Made by a program: the position numbers and the translations under genes. A stretch of DNA of 64,000 nucleotides from a virus: positions 1 through 64,000 of IMG/VR virus record IMGVR_UViG_3300033692_000004; one strand, given 5' to 3'. Below, piece by piece: positions 39,101 through 46,900 of this stretch. Position 1 is the stretch's first letter, and each line of letters opens with the position of its first letter. Below the pieces are notes generated by a model. That model ran no database searches. It was not told the DNA's origin and saw only the letters and a program-made list of their open reading frames with translations.

Positions 39101-39470
39101 ACAAGTAACCAACTCCTTCTATAGTACCACCTACTAATTGACCTGTAACAGCCTGATTAACCGCACTACCTAATGAAGCATACCAAGGTTGTTTTTTGTG
39201 TCTATATTGAGCAACCCCACCTGGAGAAATTATATCAGAATATTGCATTCCCTCATTAAAAGTAGATTTGTCAGATACAAAATCACCGACATCAGTAGCA
39301 ACTCCTGTTCTACCTGCCCTCTGACGAAATACCTGTTCCTCAAATTTTCTCGAATTAAGGGCGGTCTCGGAAGATTGATTATTAAGTAAGTTCTCTTCTG
39401 GGGATAAATTACTTCCAATCCTATTATAAAACTCGTCTATATCTAAAAATGCTTTGCCTTTTTTTGCCAT
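27135..39470 (-). CDS. Giant (4,111 aa) internal virion polyprotein. N-terminal polyvalent-type modules (ART-like, zincin) are fused to a crAss-like two-barrel (DPBB) virion RNA polymerase.
   Basis: Single 12.3-kb ORF. Residues 3281-3326 read RIPTEDKYSMLPLKVVGFLPLESGGAIMLPAEITTISGSDFDVDKM, a beta-prime-type DPBB with a DFDxDxM metal loop. Residues 1490-1523 read YHGGPKGIDSFDPLMLLSGEGANAYGKGFYFT (ART-like). Residues 1915-1919 read HEAFH. The N-terminal 450 aa are Gly/Ala-rich and hydrophobic, like ejection proteins. Residues 700-1000 are K/E/S-rich low complexity. Confidence 0.7.
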   Translation of the reverse strand: MAKKGKAFLDIDEFYNRIGSNLSPEENLLNNQSSETALNSRKFEEQVFRQRAGRTGVATDVGDFVSDKSTFNEGMQYSDIISPGGVAQYRHKKQPWYASLGSAVNQAVTGQLVGGTIEGVGYLLDLEQYANLAKGTEQEFGNWFSDLGKELRTWSEEATPIYTDPTKQGGWNPEDWTWWMSNLPSVASTMSLMIPSGAVVKGASLLAKGLNLSSKLGKASKWATKGLSQAVVSRHMESMMESSQLMPEMVQELTGKQIGSLEAEKIAKNYDVSLPVIGQDEQGNNLYEIDEDTANEIGAKAAADSYRANWAMLVQDLPEYLLLNTPFGKSTEKLTMGLAKKLGKDVAPVAFSKAKSIGTTMISEAGEEAYQYVVGERAREMALARAGLVEERNLSETVSDAINSGDFWTSATFGALGAGFMQTVGRKLMDVPNRIAGIESDRDARIRDVDSWGKSMQMYRGLKQAAEQTGSQLLNEKADQFGMTSLGIKAAQAGNLDYLIEAIEQVPNMTEEEQQFLGITPEDVEYAKKKNPNVVKDLKRIGQIYEKNARTYEPEFVGLITEEDFNKEFHQKQDEAMSNEYDSVLEDIPYFNDLSSYGQDITKNEQIILPAAESALNWLKSTEKRVKDSDRKALIKSRIKELETFIKNTTAKNNQLKSDRSSEEAKSDSKLDLNSPSLEQSKRLYKERLYNRLQLKNATEMANKMRTFKWQDSARKKAKKVQKERAKNIVDKVETPQEATELKEEARGTNVQNLIGDAIQNKATDQLADTEEGEVVFESEYTPEESTGFTSEEEIRDAWQKELDNLPSGSEMASPIVSQARKSVNTKYENILREFKQKEASTPVMITQDMKQQLADLGYSREDISAMKPEDANAIISQNKTKSGAISEPGVSVSDITKSARKPSNFAKKRYSNKPHLWSEESDGLTDHLDSFISKNQDNLTSEEQQLLNKFQPSSPETLDTWFDKVSESENANNLSESVKEYYSNQNAKAEAIKTNRDPKNNVNYKESAVDPVQQEEQVVDEATEPIGTSEDLINIASAPSRSNRKVFSFSGDYQKGGRNEGRNFIGVNAVPVVDKQGLNQGEYKPGTTLHFELDTKDPFSKKDVAEKGIQIVVYKNGDPSVKTPANRKVVGLIPAAKGQFAELMYLREVLSKDLDSKTQGNKRYITSKYTSQVSGYITAFSRSDQRNSPLTVLREEDKNRTEYSKFGGYVIGITEQTNSGVRWAAPRSGIDSIEGVDTKYPGQIIIGTYNPLIGDTLLLRAFVRKLSNYENESDTFRNNGQKIRQNVIDILRDVKANSNESTMVDINNRIKQYLIGNATLDRNNNQLILDNYYKVPLDDIQNDNLDVVNEWLGGLIFNIDKNKVNEVMAGEHDFGFGAVNGRYNELVNDFLTMNTVPGQYYDNTSILVDQSIVENEEFTSTQERIGSSVAELIREPKSQPDTSVDAKDGVDIIFRNSPGLSSIGTKEQYSQYIDTVFPNSKAVFPNKIYYHGGPKGIDSFDPLMLLSGEGANAYGKGFYFTMNRGSAVSSYQNLESRKDPEASAFVSSVGGDIDEGMTTYSVLLNIRNPFIWEESFLSQDIVREMTLDDYDKSLIGSKKIRREVKDGNYGNYDSVVHVAEGGGLHDEGDIHIVVPDPNQVHILGSKRDIEGFKEFVEQGKRQVKPSVKESISDSTATQDVIEQREETVNQPISNLNIETGRYIKYQGETYIVTKRNNNGTIQIYNPTLEGTNAKKSVAERNLETLNSSAVIIPYKNSSYIVTPKDTIISLTSNKIMKWAEDNGDRRNIVSIANNKRSQAVPQPTSKEAQVKPDKPKQFKRRNNPLSGAGKSSLMEEVRRNQNKPKTRLVDPNIPYVKWNKAEEIAWFKKNFPQVPITVLDNLKEIVAGGREAWGVFDKAAVYIAKNAATGTAYHEAFHAAFNLFLNDKQRAQVLGEKYTEEQLADEFAEYVASQQADITLGKQVNDFFKKLWLTIKSFFTNNITGKDEMFFRINTGFYKNAKIDYGSFGANIQRTKIADWPSSYTKDIVESINKHILLDIVPNLREADVNFADLSDVEVMSELSREYGPVGIYDIAYNNLLDIYENENTSDDVKNELAEVLTYFYDENGNPGSIIHESIRAFDTNNGIRISLNKVVDVPETGREEESVEGEEASQVENWQSSYTERSRKTNTPYEVKKFLRYIPSDKPANAIGLNRYVDYEDLYNTLLQDLADSTSLDMMKQYLKDAAYFNPEYNIILDKLNGDSQFGAKFFNAFHNTHQKYLMVLKRKDNYVVTEANKKGVVNNIITKWKNNVLVNSQVLTNKGKGEYTINTDKASEIKTRFDEILKARKLTSDHIVQISDITEELGFKIEPKVFQYALDNNYLRKVLNGDKSLAKIIDRFAEGKNPFEETAGIGVSEKESIRVLATLAKKATPSLFESSFRNISGKTVYSHLVPNYLSKLVSNLQDPNKVLDVVNSYLRDPLFQSNPILQTMGNLQTEPQQLSEAFQVHVVDGLVEGSERTDYPNMSEADYQVMSLNGYFNNGNKQYSFYRAPVLSDAPNMIMTRFKRYQKSEIVNYLLSLAEGEYRRIKALQEYQGDNYNNYSDKINSSTESGYHAMPMFNGFKGSPKANPEKAKQLIENYLNDKVDKYKESLIANKVILQDINGNVDYTNSRIDSRVSSKGLDSFLEEFYYNDYLMRASFGLLTIGDPAFYKGGKGTGNRMVDYIKRAKEIYSPKYIPDTSAYYIDPETGEDIKVGTTYNTVYLKDQKIPAPNLEAIKKALQQSKDSGYITEDQRKAIIASYNEVNVTDAQAYITLPMYRKTMIGLGRWNDQLQSAYKRLEQGLGTANDIALVMQPIKPFMYTQVYDENLKRMVPVQHKNSEFLLLPQLALSTNNDGSYKNPTLANLYNKMTDLNVGIANFESAVKTGLTKVTTIDKLSSKSLIQMNTADRGIQQEVPEHFRDSNNLFGSQIRKLIMSDLVEGVDYVVTKDGNQVISKKAEELRKIYEDIILQDLIEGYESASSELTNEDGTISWKKVYNILLDEARNRGKGEQYELAITYDEANDRLNLPLFHPLYANVSQQLLTSIFKSRVTKQKIAGGSFVQASSFGLSKELKLVFKDKTTAKDEDLRYYSKTVEYNDIIFDTSKLIEVSEIFTGKEDSTISDGRDFDNEILSEYGMSDSEYSFAKDNEDILVSILTVIGDSGDLIEEIVDKILKTAEVEYNPNSSELFPETVDFKNLIVKGIIKDTGLDYAEVLLPAWSKEFYKDFVDSDGNINFTEVEQKAPELLDMIGYRIPTEDKYSMLPLKVVGFLPLESGGAIMLPAEITTISGSDFDVDKMYVMMKSFKRKSESDYSGIVKELSERGYITSNSQVRTVYNKAANNEELDSREQELYDEIKYLPSTITENVTSTTYEVDKYDLEKPWSDQSKGARDNAKIDIMLGVLRNPATLPSILTPGGFDYLKDLAGLFRDKTATEGQELDVYDMMSNDVMAKRNMVGTQLKGIASIHNAHHALRQNANLSLKQPVRFDYKTEVSISQKKAVTQFEVVTKQDGSKTLKEIKVPNKLITKNFAEPQAAVMDNAKDPVASDIGYTTETSDLFSLILATGYDIATASSFVNQPVVQHIQNRIATEDISEDSVIKDVANSLNVDLNADTPNLNTQDMFDAVGSTDINTELQSNVLIAYNSYKASAKALGKLIQATQADTKPLGPTLADAEVMLNARADIRDERFLIDGVEEFVTENDTDTNLETYFNRYGIELPLETILNQMFPYRNEFFDSIKQEIRANHKFNRLSAKQLNTINDNIVTYTISGFDFFDISEAQDIIMDLPLRVFKTIDNNSDLQDNALLKRLRYEAADNDNPTDRLVFDNTGSFTDSQRNDVQNAWLDLLNSTNESLNKLGLDLIKYSYFTAGLSFGPNGFSHLVPTEAYLSVIRDSNGNTLSDYLYNRIGPGMYDYGDQTNFIEQFYRNMYRNAAFVPRVKDDFSNVSTRNTQGKRIIGFTVNPDTVKSDDFVIKEMDRKEPVKFIAHEQDGEYNLYKFVGKSEHGFEYELTDKLGIHNHVVEYNINMTVPETLFSQNKIKQYSMTKANKSSVSTTEQVQGKDITNMLLQNNITKEDINNIPDCI

Positions 39471-39481
39471 ACTTAAATAAC

Positions 39482-41614
39482 TTATTGTACCTGTTCTGCT
39501 TTACGTTTACGCTGATAACCCAGTCTCCTGGTAACGGAATCTGCATACCTAGTTAAAAACTCACCTTCGCTTACAGGGATGACCTGCTCTGGATTAATTG
39601 GGTTTATCGTTATAATACTTGTAACAAATTCATTGGTTTCAGGATTATAAGCTTTATATGCTGAATAAGGTATTCCATCAACAACAACCTGTGGTTTAAA
39701 CGTCTCGGTATTCTCAAAAGTAAGATCTCGTAGACTGCCTAAAAAATCAGATACTTTTTTCTGAGTATCAACAGCCTCCTTAGGTAGTATTTTAGAATTA
39801 GTAGCATCTATTTTGTAATTGTTGTCTTTAGGTTCATTGGTAGTAACCTTAAACATATTTTCACCTGGTATATATGATATATCTGATATACCAACATCTT
39901 CTGATAACACTTCTTTCAGATTAACATCATCTTGGCCACCATCATCTTCTATTTGAATTGCTGACATTTCCCCAACTGAAGATCTAACTCTTCTAAATAA
40001 ATTGTCTGCTACCTCCTTATCATATATATTTACTTCACTAAAATGAGTAGCAGCTTGTTTCTTCTTATGATTAGCGGCAGCTTGGATAGCTGTTTGGGCA
40101 ATAGTAATATCATCCATATCTGGATTATTCTGTTTAAGGGTTTCCATAGCCTCTGTTATTACAGGATTCTTTTCTATATATTCCTGTAAGTTGTCCCCCT
40201 GCTCTTTGAGTCTATCCCTATTTTTATCTATACCGAATTGTAATTCAGTAGTGAGGTCAACTAGAACTGCACTTTCCCTACCTTGTCTAAATAAGTCTAA
40301 TCCTTTATTATTAAACTGATATAAGCCTGTTTCAGGATCTAATGCAACATACTCATGATTTTCCCCCAGTACAGATAATAAACTAGATAATTCCTCTGGA
40401 TTTTGTTCTCTATTCATAAAAGCTTGATGAACCACGTCTCTAATCTTACCAAACCTTTTATTCTTCTCGACAGGAGATAAGTTAGATAAATATTGGCCAG
40501 CGGCTCCAACAGCTTGACTAACTGCATTACTTATGTTATATGACCATTTATTTTTTAAATCCCCAAGAGAGTACTCTCCATCTTTTACTCTATTAATAGA
40601 TTGTCTTGTACTGCTATTCATTGGAATAGAGGAAGTGCTTACAGATTTTTTCAAAGTACTTATTGAAGGAGTTATATCATATTTAGATAAAATATCGGTA
40701 ATATTAGAAATAGTCTGTTTAGCTTTATCTATAGTATGAACTCTCTCAATATTCTCATCAGCTTGAGATTGTATATTACCCAATTGTTGGCTTTCACTTA
40801 TGTTCCCAGTATATCTTTGATATAAGGGCCTACCAGAAGCATCGGTATTTTTACCTACGTTTGCCAAATACTCGGGATCTTGACGTTCTTCTATGGTTGA
40901 TCCTTGAACTAGCTGATTGGCATAATTATCCGATATTCGTCTACGCTCGCTTTCCGGTAATTCTGGACTTTGAGCAGATAAGCTTTCATACATCTGACTT
41001 GCTACGTCCTGTAATTCTACTGGTAAAACACCTTTATAGTTACTACGCTCTAACATCCAAGGGAATTGTGCATTTCTACGCCACTCCCCAGGAGTTTGTT
41101 TAGTGCCTAGTTTACCAAATCTTCTCTCTAATTGCTGCTCATATAAACGTTGATCTAATACTTGTGATTGTAGTTCCTCTGGAGTAATCCACTCACCAGT
41201 TTCAGGATCTTGCAAAGGGGCAGCTGTAACGTCTTGAGTTAAAATAGCATTAGGTCCTAATTGAGCTAATCTTTTGCGTTGTTCTTCAGCTAACCTACGA
41301 CGTTCAGGTGCTAACTGAAAGAATGGATTTTGTCTAGTCTTACTAGTTAATCTAGCAATATCTTTAGCAGCAGCTCCATAATCACCTCCATACCTATCTA
41401 CTACTTCTTGTACTTTAGACTGGAAATCTCCTAGTACTTTATTTTTAATAGGTATATCCGTAGGATGCGTGGGTACTTCAGCAAACATATCTTCCATAGC
41501 TACTTGTTGCTGCATAGCTAAATCATGCCTCGCTTGATCTTGTGCTAATTGTTGCTGTAACATGCCTACATTACTAAATATAGGCTGTGGTATATATTGT
41601 ATTGGTGTAGCCAT
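39482..41614 (-). CDS. Internal virion (ejection/cargo) protein candidate, 710 aa
   Basis: Occupies the position equivalent to T7 gp15. Q-rich N-terminus (QQQLAQDQARHDLAMQQQ); no enzymatic motif. Confidence 0.45.
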   Translation of the reverse strand: MATPIQYIPQPIFSNVGMLQQQLAQDQARHDLAMQQQVAMEDMFAEVPTHPTDIPIKNKVLGDFQSKVQEVVDRYGGDYGAAAKDIARLTSKTRQNPFFQLAPERRRLAEEQRKRLAQLGPNAILTQDVTAAPLQDPETGEWITPEELQSQVLDQRLYEQQLERRFGKLGTKQTPGEWRRNAQFPWMLERSNYKGVLPVELQDVASQMYESLSAQSPELPESERRRISDNYANQLVQGSTIEERQDPEYLANVGKNTDASGRPLYQRYTGNISESQQLGNIQSQADENIERVHTIDKAKQTISNITDILSKYDITPSISTLKKSVSTSSIPMNSSTRQSINRVKDGEYSLGDLKNKWSYNISNAVSQAVGAAGQYLSNLSPVEKNKRFGKIRDVVHQAFMNREQNPEELSSLLSVLGENHEYVALDPETGLYQFNNKGLDLFRQGRESAVLVDLTTELQFGIDKNRDRLKEQGDNLQEYIEKNPVITEAMETLKQNNPDMDDITIAQTAIQAAANHKKKQAATHFSEVNIYDKEVADNLFRRVRSSVGEMSAIQIEDDGGQDDVNLKEVLSEDVGISDISYIPGENMFKVTTNEPKDNNYKIDATNSKILPKEAVDTQKKVSDFLGSLRDLTFENTETFKPQVVVDGIPYSAYKAYNPETNEFVTSIITINPINPEQVIPVSEGEFLTRYADSVTRRLGYQRKRKAEQVQ

Positions 41615-41616
41615 AA

Positions 41617-42579
41617 TTATCCGTTATATCTCCTTACAATTTGTTTAGGCTGAGTTATTTTCTGAAACCAGTTCAAACTAGGATCTTGGTATTGACCTAT
41701 TGAATAATCTTGACCTAAACTATTAATTAATGCATCTTGTTGTCTAATACCTGCTACGTTCATCATTGTTTGAGGTATAGCTTGTATAGCAGCACTAGTA
41801 TAAGCATCTCGATTAGCTCTAGCTTGTTGTTGCGCCATAAAATTAGCTTGAGCTTCTTGGGCCTGTAGTCTAGCATTAGCTTCAGAAACTCTAGCTCTCT
41901 CAGCAGCATTCATACGTGCTTCTTGTGAGTACAAACCAGATAATGCTTCAGCAGTACCTCTGTTCATAGCGGCTTCTTGTGCAGCTGCTGTAGATAAATA
42001 CTCACCCCTTGTCCTTGAGCCTCTAGCTGCATTACTTCTAGCTATTCTACCAGCTGTACTTGATTGCCTCTGTACACCAGAGCGTTCCCTAGCTAAAGAT
42101 ATTTCTTCTGGTGATAATCTATTTAAACTCATCTCTGGTATATCTCTCATGGCTCTATTTGCCATAAACATATTAGCACCAGCAGTAATTGCTCCCGATG
42201 CTATACTTGGTATAATAGACGTACTGTAGTTAGATAACCCAGATGTAGGCAACATTCCTGCACTTGTAGAAGTCATATCAACCTGAGGGCTTTGAAAATA
42301 ATTTACATCTGTCATCCAAGGTTCAATAGGAATCATTCCTTCGTCATAATCGGCATTTAAATAATCAGTTAAACCTCCATTAGCGTATTGTTGTTGTGAT
42401 TTCTGATTACTATCATTCATTCCATTAGCCTGTCTATATTGCTCTTGTTCTTGCGCTAGAGTAGCTAATTCCTTATCTAACTGTTCTTTTTCAATAGGAT
42501 CCCAATTAGCACGTTTATATTTATTTATAATACCTTTTGCACGAGAGGCAAATGTAGGCTTATTTTTCTTACTAGCCAT
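41617..42579 (-). CDS. Low-complexity Q/A/N-rich internal virion protein candidate, 320 aa
   Basis: Compositionally biased (QKSQQQYANGG, AQEAQANFMAQQQARANR). Tightly packed between internal-protein genes. Confidence 0.45.
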   Translation of the reverse strand: MASKKNKPTFASRAKGIINKYKRANWDPIEKEQLDKELATLAQEQEQYRQANGMNDSNQKSQQQYANGGLTDYLNADYDEGMIPIEPWMTDVNYFQSPQVDMTSTSAGMLPTSGLSNYSTSIIPSIASGAITAGANMFMANRAMRDIPEMSLNRLSPEEISLARERSGVQRQSSTAGRIARSNAARGSRTRGEYLSTAAAQEAAMNRGTAEALSGLYSQEARMNAAERARVSEANARLQAQEAQANFMAQQQARANRDAYTSAAIQAIPQTMMNVAGIRQQDALINSLGQDYSIGQYQDPSLNWFQKITQPKQIVRRYNG

Positions 42580-42600
42580 ATTAATATATCTTAAATATTA

Positions 42601-43860
42601 TTAAAATCTGTCTGAAAATATATAATCACCATATCGCACCTCCCCTGATTCTACACTACCTTTATTTCCAATAGGTATGCCTCCATAAGGAGAGGTTTCA
42701 TGTGTGGAACCACCAGAGTTATATGCAGTTATATCTGGGTTGTATCTAGTTTGTTCTAAATAACCACCATCTGCTTTAGTATAATACTCATGTCCTGCTC
42801 TATTACCCATTCCAAGATTTAACCCTGGTATATCAGCAAATCCAGCCACTTCTCTTTGAAGGTTCATTTGATTTAAATACGAATTTTTATCAGGATATAC
42901 AGATTCATACTGTTCATTGTATATATCAAGAGTTTCCCTATCAGATAAAGGGGCATTGTTAAAATCAATATCCCTGTAATTACCCATTCCCGGAGACCTC
43001 TCTACTTGTTGATATAAAGGCTCACCTCTCCTAGTCATTTGGTATACACTATTATTACCAGCCAAATACTGTGTATTAGGCCCCTTAGTATATAACCTAT
43101 TAAAAGCTTCCTGTAAATCTTCATTTGTGGTAGCATTTGATTGCCTCCTAACAGCATCTATTTGCTCAGGGGACATCTTTGCAAAATGTTGCCTATAGAC
43201 AGGTCTGGTATCAAATTTAGTAGGCGCTTCTACTGTTTCTGTTGGTAACTGACCTATACCTAAACCCTGTATTGTACCACCATTAGGATATGAATTAAGC
43301 ATTCCCCCTGTTTTAAAGGTAGGAGCATAGTTATAACCTTGGTTTCTATTATAGGAATTCAATCTATTTTGCGTCAAGGATTGTTTATTCATAGCAGCTT
43401 GTTGTTGCTGCATCATTTGCCGCTGTTGTTGTAACTGTTGCTTTTGAGCGATACCAGAACCAACTCCTTTTTGTACTCCCCCTAACATAGCACCCCCCAT
43501 GGGACCTGCAATAGCTGTAGCACCTGCCATTCCAATGGCTGGCATAACATAATTTGAAGTAATATTACTAACACCAGCACCTAGTTTAGTTTCATAAGCA
43601 TCCTCACCTATTACATTACCAGCACCTACTAACCCCAAAGCATTATCCGCTGAATAAGTTAAATAATCACCAGCAACATCAGCAACGCCGCCAGTAAACC
43701 CTTTTACTCCACTACGAATATCTTTACCGACTACATCACCTGCAAAATCAGCTACTTTTTTAAGCCCAGTAAATTCACCAACATCCTTTACAGCCCCTTT
43801 TAACCAGCTACCTAGGCCATACTGAGGAAGTGAACTTATATATTGTTTTCTATTACGCAT
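42601..43860 (-). CDS. Low-complexity G/Q/N-rich internal virion protein candidate, 419 aa
   Basis: Gly-rich N-half (GAGVSN, MGGAMLGGVQKGVGSG), a QQQLQQQRQMMQQQQ tract, and recurring xGG motifs (TGGM, PNGGT, ADGGY, NSGGS). Confidence 0.45.
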   Translation of the reverse strand: MRNRKQYISSLPQYGLGSWLKGAVKDVGEFTGLKKVADFAGDVVGKDIRSGVKGFTGGVADVAGDYLTYSADNALGLVGAGNVIGEDAYETKLGAGVSNITSNYVMPAIGMAGATAIAGPMGGAMLGGVQKGVGSGIAQKQQLQQQRQMMQQQQAAMNKQSLTQNRLNSYNRNQGYNYAPTFKTGGMLNSYPNGGTIQGLGIGQLPTETVEAPTKFDTRPVYRQHFAKMSPEQIDAVRRQSNATTNEDLQEAFNRLYTKGPNTQYLAGNNSVYQMTRRGEPLYQQVERSPGMGNYRDIDFNNAPLSDRETLDIYNEQYESVYPDKNSYLNQMNLQREVAGFADIPGLNLGMGNRAGHEYYTKADGGYLEQTRYNPDITAYNSGGSTHETSPYGGIPIGNKGSVESGEVRYGDYIFSDRF

Positions 43861-43874
43861 ATTATTTAATAATT

Positions 43875-43898
43875 AAAGCCCCTAAATATAGAGGCTTT
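43875..43898 (-). other. Hairpin in the nozzle / internal-protein intergenic gap
   Basis: AAAGCC (43875-43880) pairs with GGCTTT (43893-43898). It lies 15 nt upstream of the 419-aa gene ATG. The tail on the - strand is AATTATT, not a clean U-run. Confidence 0.25.
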
Positions 43899-43966
43899 AT
43901 ATGATTATTACAAAATAAATTTAATTCTCTATTGACTTTAAATCAATTTATAATATTAAAGTAATA

Positions 43967-46900
43967 TTAAATCTTAGCTTCTCTATAATAACTTATTACA
44001 TCATGTAATTTAAAATTAAGATTATCTATATTATCAAACTCAAATGTTACCAGTAAATAACTGTCTACAAACCTATTACCATCTTGAGTTTGAGGTACTT
44101 GAGTCCTAAAAGCTCTAGCTAAATAACTAACAGTTTTATTAGGATCATTTAATTTAGTAACCTTAGTAATAGGATCTATATAACTATTTTGGTAAATTAT
44201 CCTATCCACAGTTTCTTTGGTAGTTGAGTCAGTTTCTGTTCTAAAATCTAAGTTATCAAAACTATTAATTATATTACTATTAGGATTAATTAGTAATGTA
44301 ATATATGATTTATCTCCTAATTTAGAATTAGGATTGTTATTTTCACTTAGAATATTATTAGTGATAGAATAGAATTTACCCTTTAAATTAAAATAATTAG
44401 ATGGGTTTACACTAAATTTTCCTATAACAGAACCGAGTATCTCGTTTAATACCCAAGTTTCATTATCAAAACTGAAATATATTTCGTTAAAATTAGGGTC
44501 AAATCCAGCCAATATTTTAGTACTTGGTATCAAACTATTAATCTTACTAGAAAAGCCTTTAATTCGGCTTAATTCTTGCGAATTTGCCCCTTGTAACATC
44601 CATAACTCTTTATTATATTCATCAATAAAATATAGAGCTTGTTTAGAATCTACTAAAGCACCTTTTCTTTGTAATCCGGTAGTAGTTGTAATATAATCAT
44701 ATCTCTCTAATACACCCCCAGTACCTAATGCTAACTGTATACCAGAACCGTCATTAATAAGACTACGATCATTTACGGCTAATAAGGAAATAGCCTTTTC
44801 TTGAAAACAATATAATTGGTTCTTAAATCTTTTAATATCTGTAATACTACCATAAGATGGATCCACCTCTATAAAATTTGCAGGTTTTAACAATGACCAA
44901 CTATCTATGTACTCCCCATTAGTTTTAACCTCAGAAGCTAATACTTTAGTATCAATAAATTCCTCTTCTACAAAATCAAATGGTTTAGGATAAAACTTCT
45001 TAGCTGTATTCTCTTTACTATATACAGAATTATAGGTGTATAGGTCACCTACATCTTCATTATAGTATTCTGGTTGATACTCTATACCAAAGTTAACAGT
45101 CTCCTGTACAGCCATTGTTTTGATTTTAGCATCATTGTCTAGTGCTACTGTATCCCCTTTGAAAATATAATCCAATAGTTTATCATTACGATAGTCTAGA
45201 TTGATACTTGTATACATTGGGAAAGTTATTATTTCCTGCAAGCCATCATCCAGGTCCCAATTTTGAGGATAATCATATTGGAATATATTCCTAAGATAAC
45301 TAAACATCTTTATATACGTATCCCCATTAAAATCCTCAAGAGGGGTTTGGTCGGTGAGATGCTCAGTACTATTTATCTGTCCATAAGGAATATATTCATT
45401 TAATAATCTACTTTGATAAGTTACTCCACCATACCTGGTCTTTTCAGTATCCTTAACAATATCTACATTTATAGCACGGTAGTTAGATGCAGATGACCAA
45501 GCAACTGGTATAGAAATTACACCAGAGTGTACTATATATTTAGTACCTCCTATTCCAATATTAGCAGCGTCCTGACCATTAGGATAAGTATTATGTTTAG
45601 ATTCATTCCTGTAGGCAATGGTGTCTGTTAATGTATTTATAATTGTAAGCCCATCATCATCATAGATCACTGGACTTACTTTTTTATAACTAATTATAGG
45701 ACTAGCTGAAACTTGTTCAGGCCAGGGAACAGACTCCTTGGCTTTAGCATTTAAAAATACATGGTATTTAGAAGCATCATAGACTACCTCTGAAATATAT
45801 TCATAAGCTCTATTTACTATCATTACTCCATCGAAGTCTAACCCCCTATCATTAAAAAGTAACTCAGGACAGATTAATTCATATAAATCGGAAGTAGAGC
45901 CGGAAGTAGTATCAGTAGTATTCAGAGGTTGTCCAAGATTATAGGTAGTATTATCTACACTATTAGCATTAGACTGGGGTCTATAAAATTCCTCAGATCC
46001 AAACTTATCAGTTGGTAGTAATAATCCATTATAAACTTGTTCCCTATCTTCAAAATTCCTTTTAACCCTAACGACTTGCCAAGCTTTGATACTATCATCT
46101 AGCAACCAAGGCTCCTTGCCTTCCTTTATAGATACGTTTAGTACTATATTAAAAGCTTCAGTAGCGTTATTGGCCGCTGACTCAGATACAAAAGGGGTGT
46201 TGCCTATCTCTTCTGGGAAAGGAACTCTAATATCTTGTACCCACCTAACAAAACTTACTTGTCCTTTCTTATTATAGAAAACAATTCCTATTCTATAAAT
46301 TTCATTAGGCTGGAGCCCGCTTATATTTTGTTTATATGTAGTTAAATCATATCCTCTATAATTACCGTAATTATCTATTTTACTACTAACTAATGAAAAT
46401 CCAAATTTAACGTTTGGGCCTTCACCCCCGAATACACTAGAGTTAGGTTTATACCTCCTATTATATGATGATGAGGATGTAGACCGAAAATTACCACCGG
46501 GCCTGTACCCTAAAAGTACAGGGGTTGCATCTGCGTCATAAGGTACTGTGTTCCAATTAGAAGTAGTTACATTTATGGAAGATTCAAAAGCTACATTATA
46601 TATAGAGGTAGTATCGGAGTTTTCTGGGAAAGAATAGGCTCTACTGTCCCAATAATTAGAATCAGAAGGGTCCTCTAATATACTAGAACCAAAAGAACTT
46701 TCTTTTAAATTAGCAGAGAACAGTATATTATTTTTAGTCTCTAAAGAATTCGGTATATATGTGGTATTATTAAATGTCAAAAACTCTTCATAAGTTAAAG
46801 TATCTATAGGTCTGTTAGAATCTATTATAGAAATATCTACATTATTAATTCCTTCATATATTACATTAACTTGAGGTTCACCAAATAATTCCTCATAAAA

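Noticed and set aside
27135-39470. Giant ORF as an N4-type virion RNAP (T7-like single-subunit polymerase).
   Set aside because: The size class is similar, but the only polymerase signature I can read is the beta-prime-type R.PT...DFDxDxM double-psi-barrel loop. I see no T7-like motifs A/B/C.
24019-41103. Short ORFs inside the 1,291-aa, 4,111-aa and 710-aa genes. On the + strand: 24019-24255, 29530-29718, 33484-33675, 34017-34235, 37173-37394, 39189-39389, 40533-40739, 40861-41103. In an alternative - frame: 24143-24325, 24509-24709, 31580-31771, 39230-39418.
   Set aside because: They are embedded in very long uninterrupted ORFs. Chance ORFs of 60-80 codons are expected in 16 kb of AT-rich sequence.
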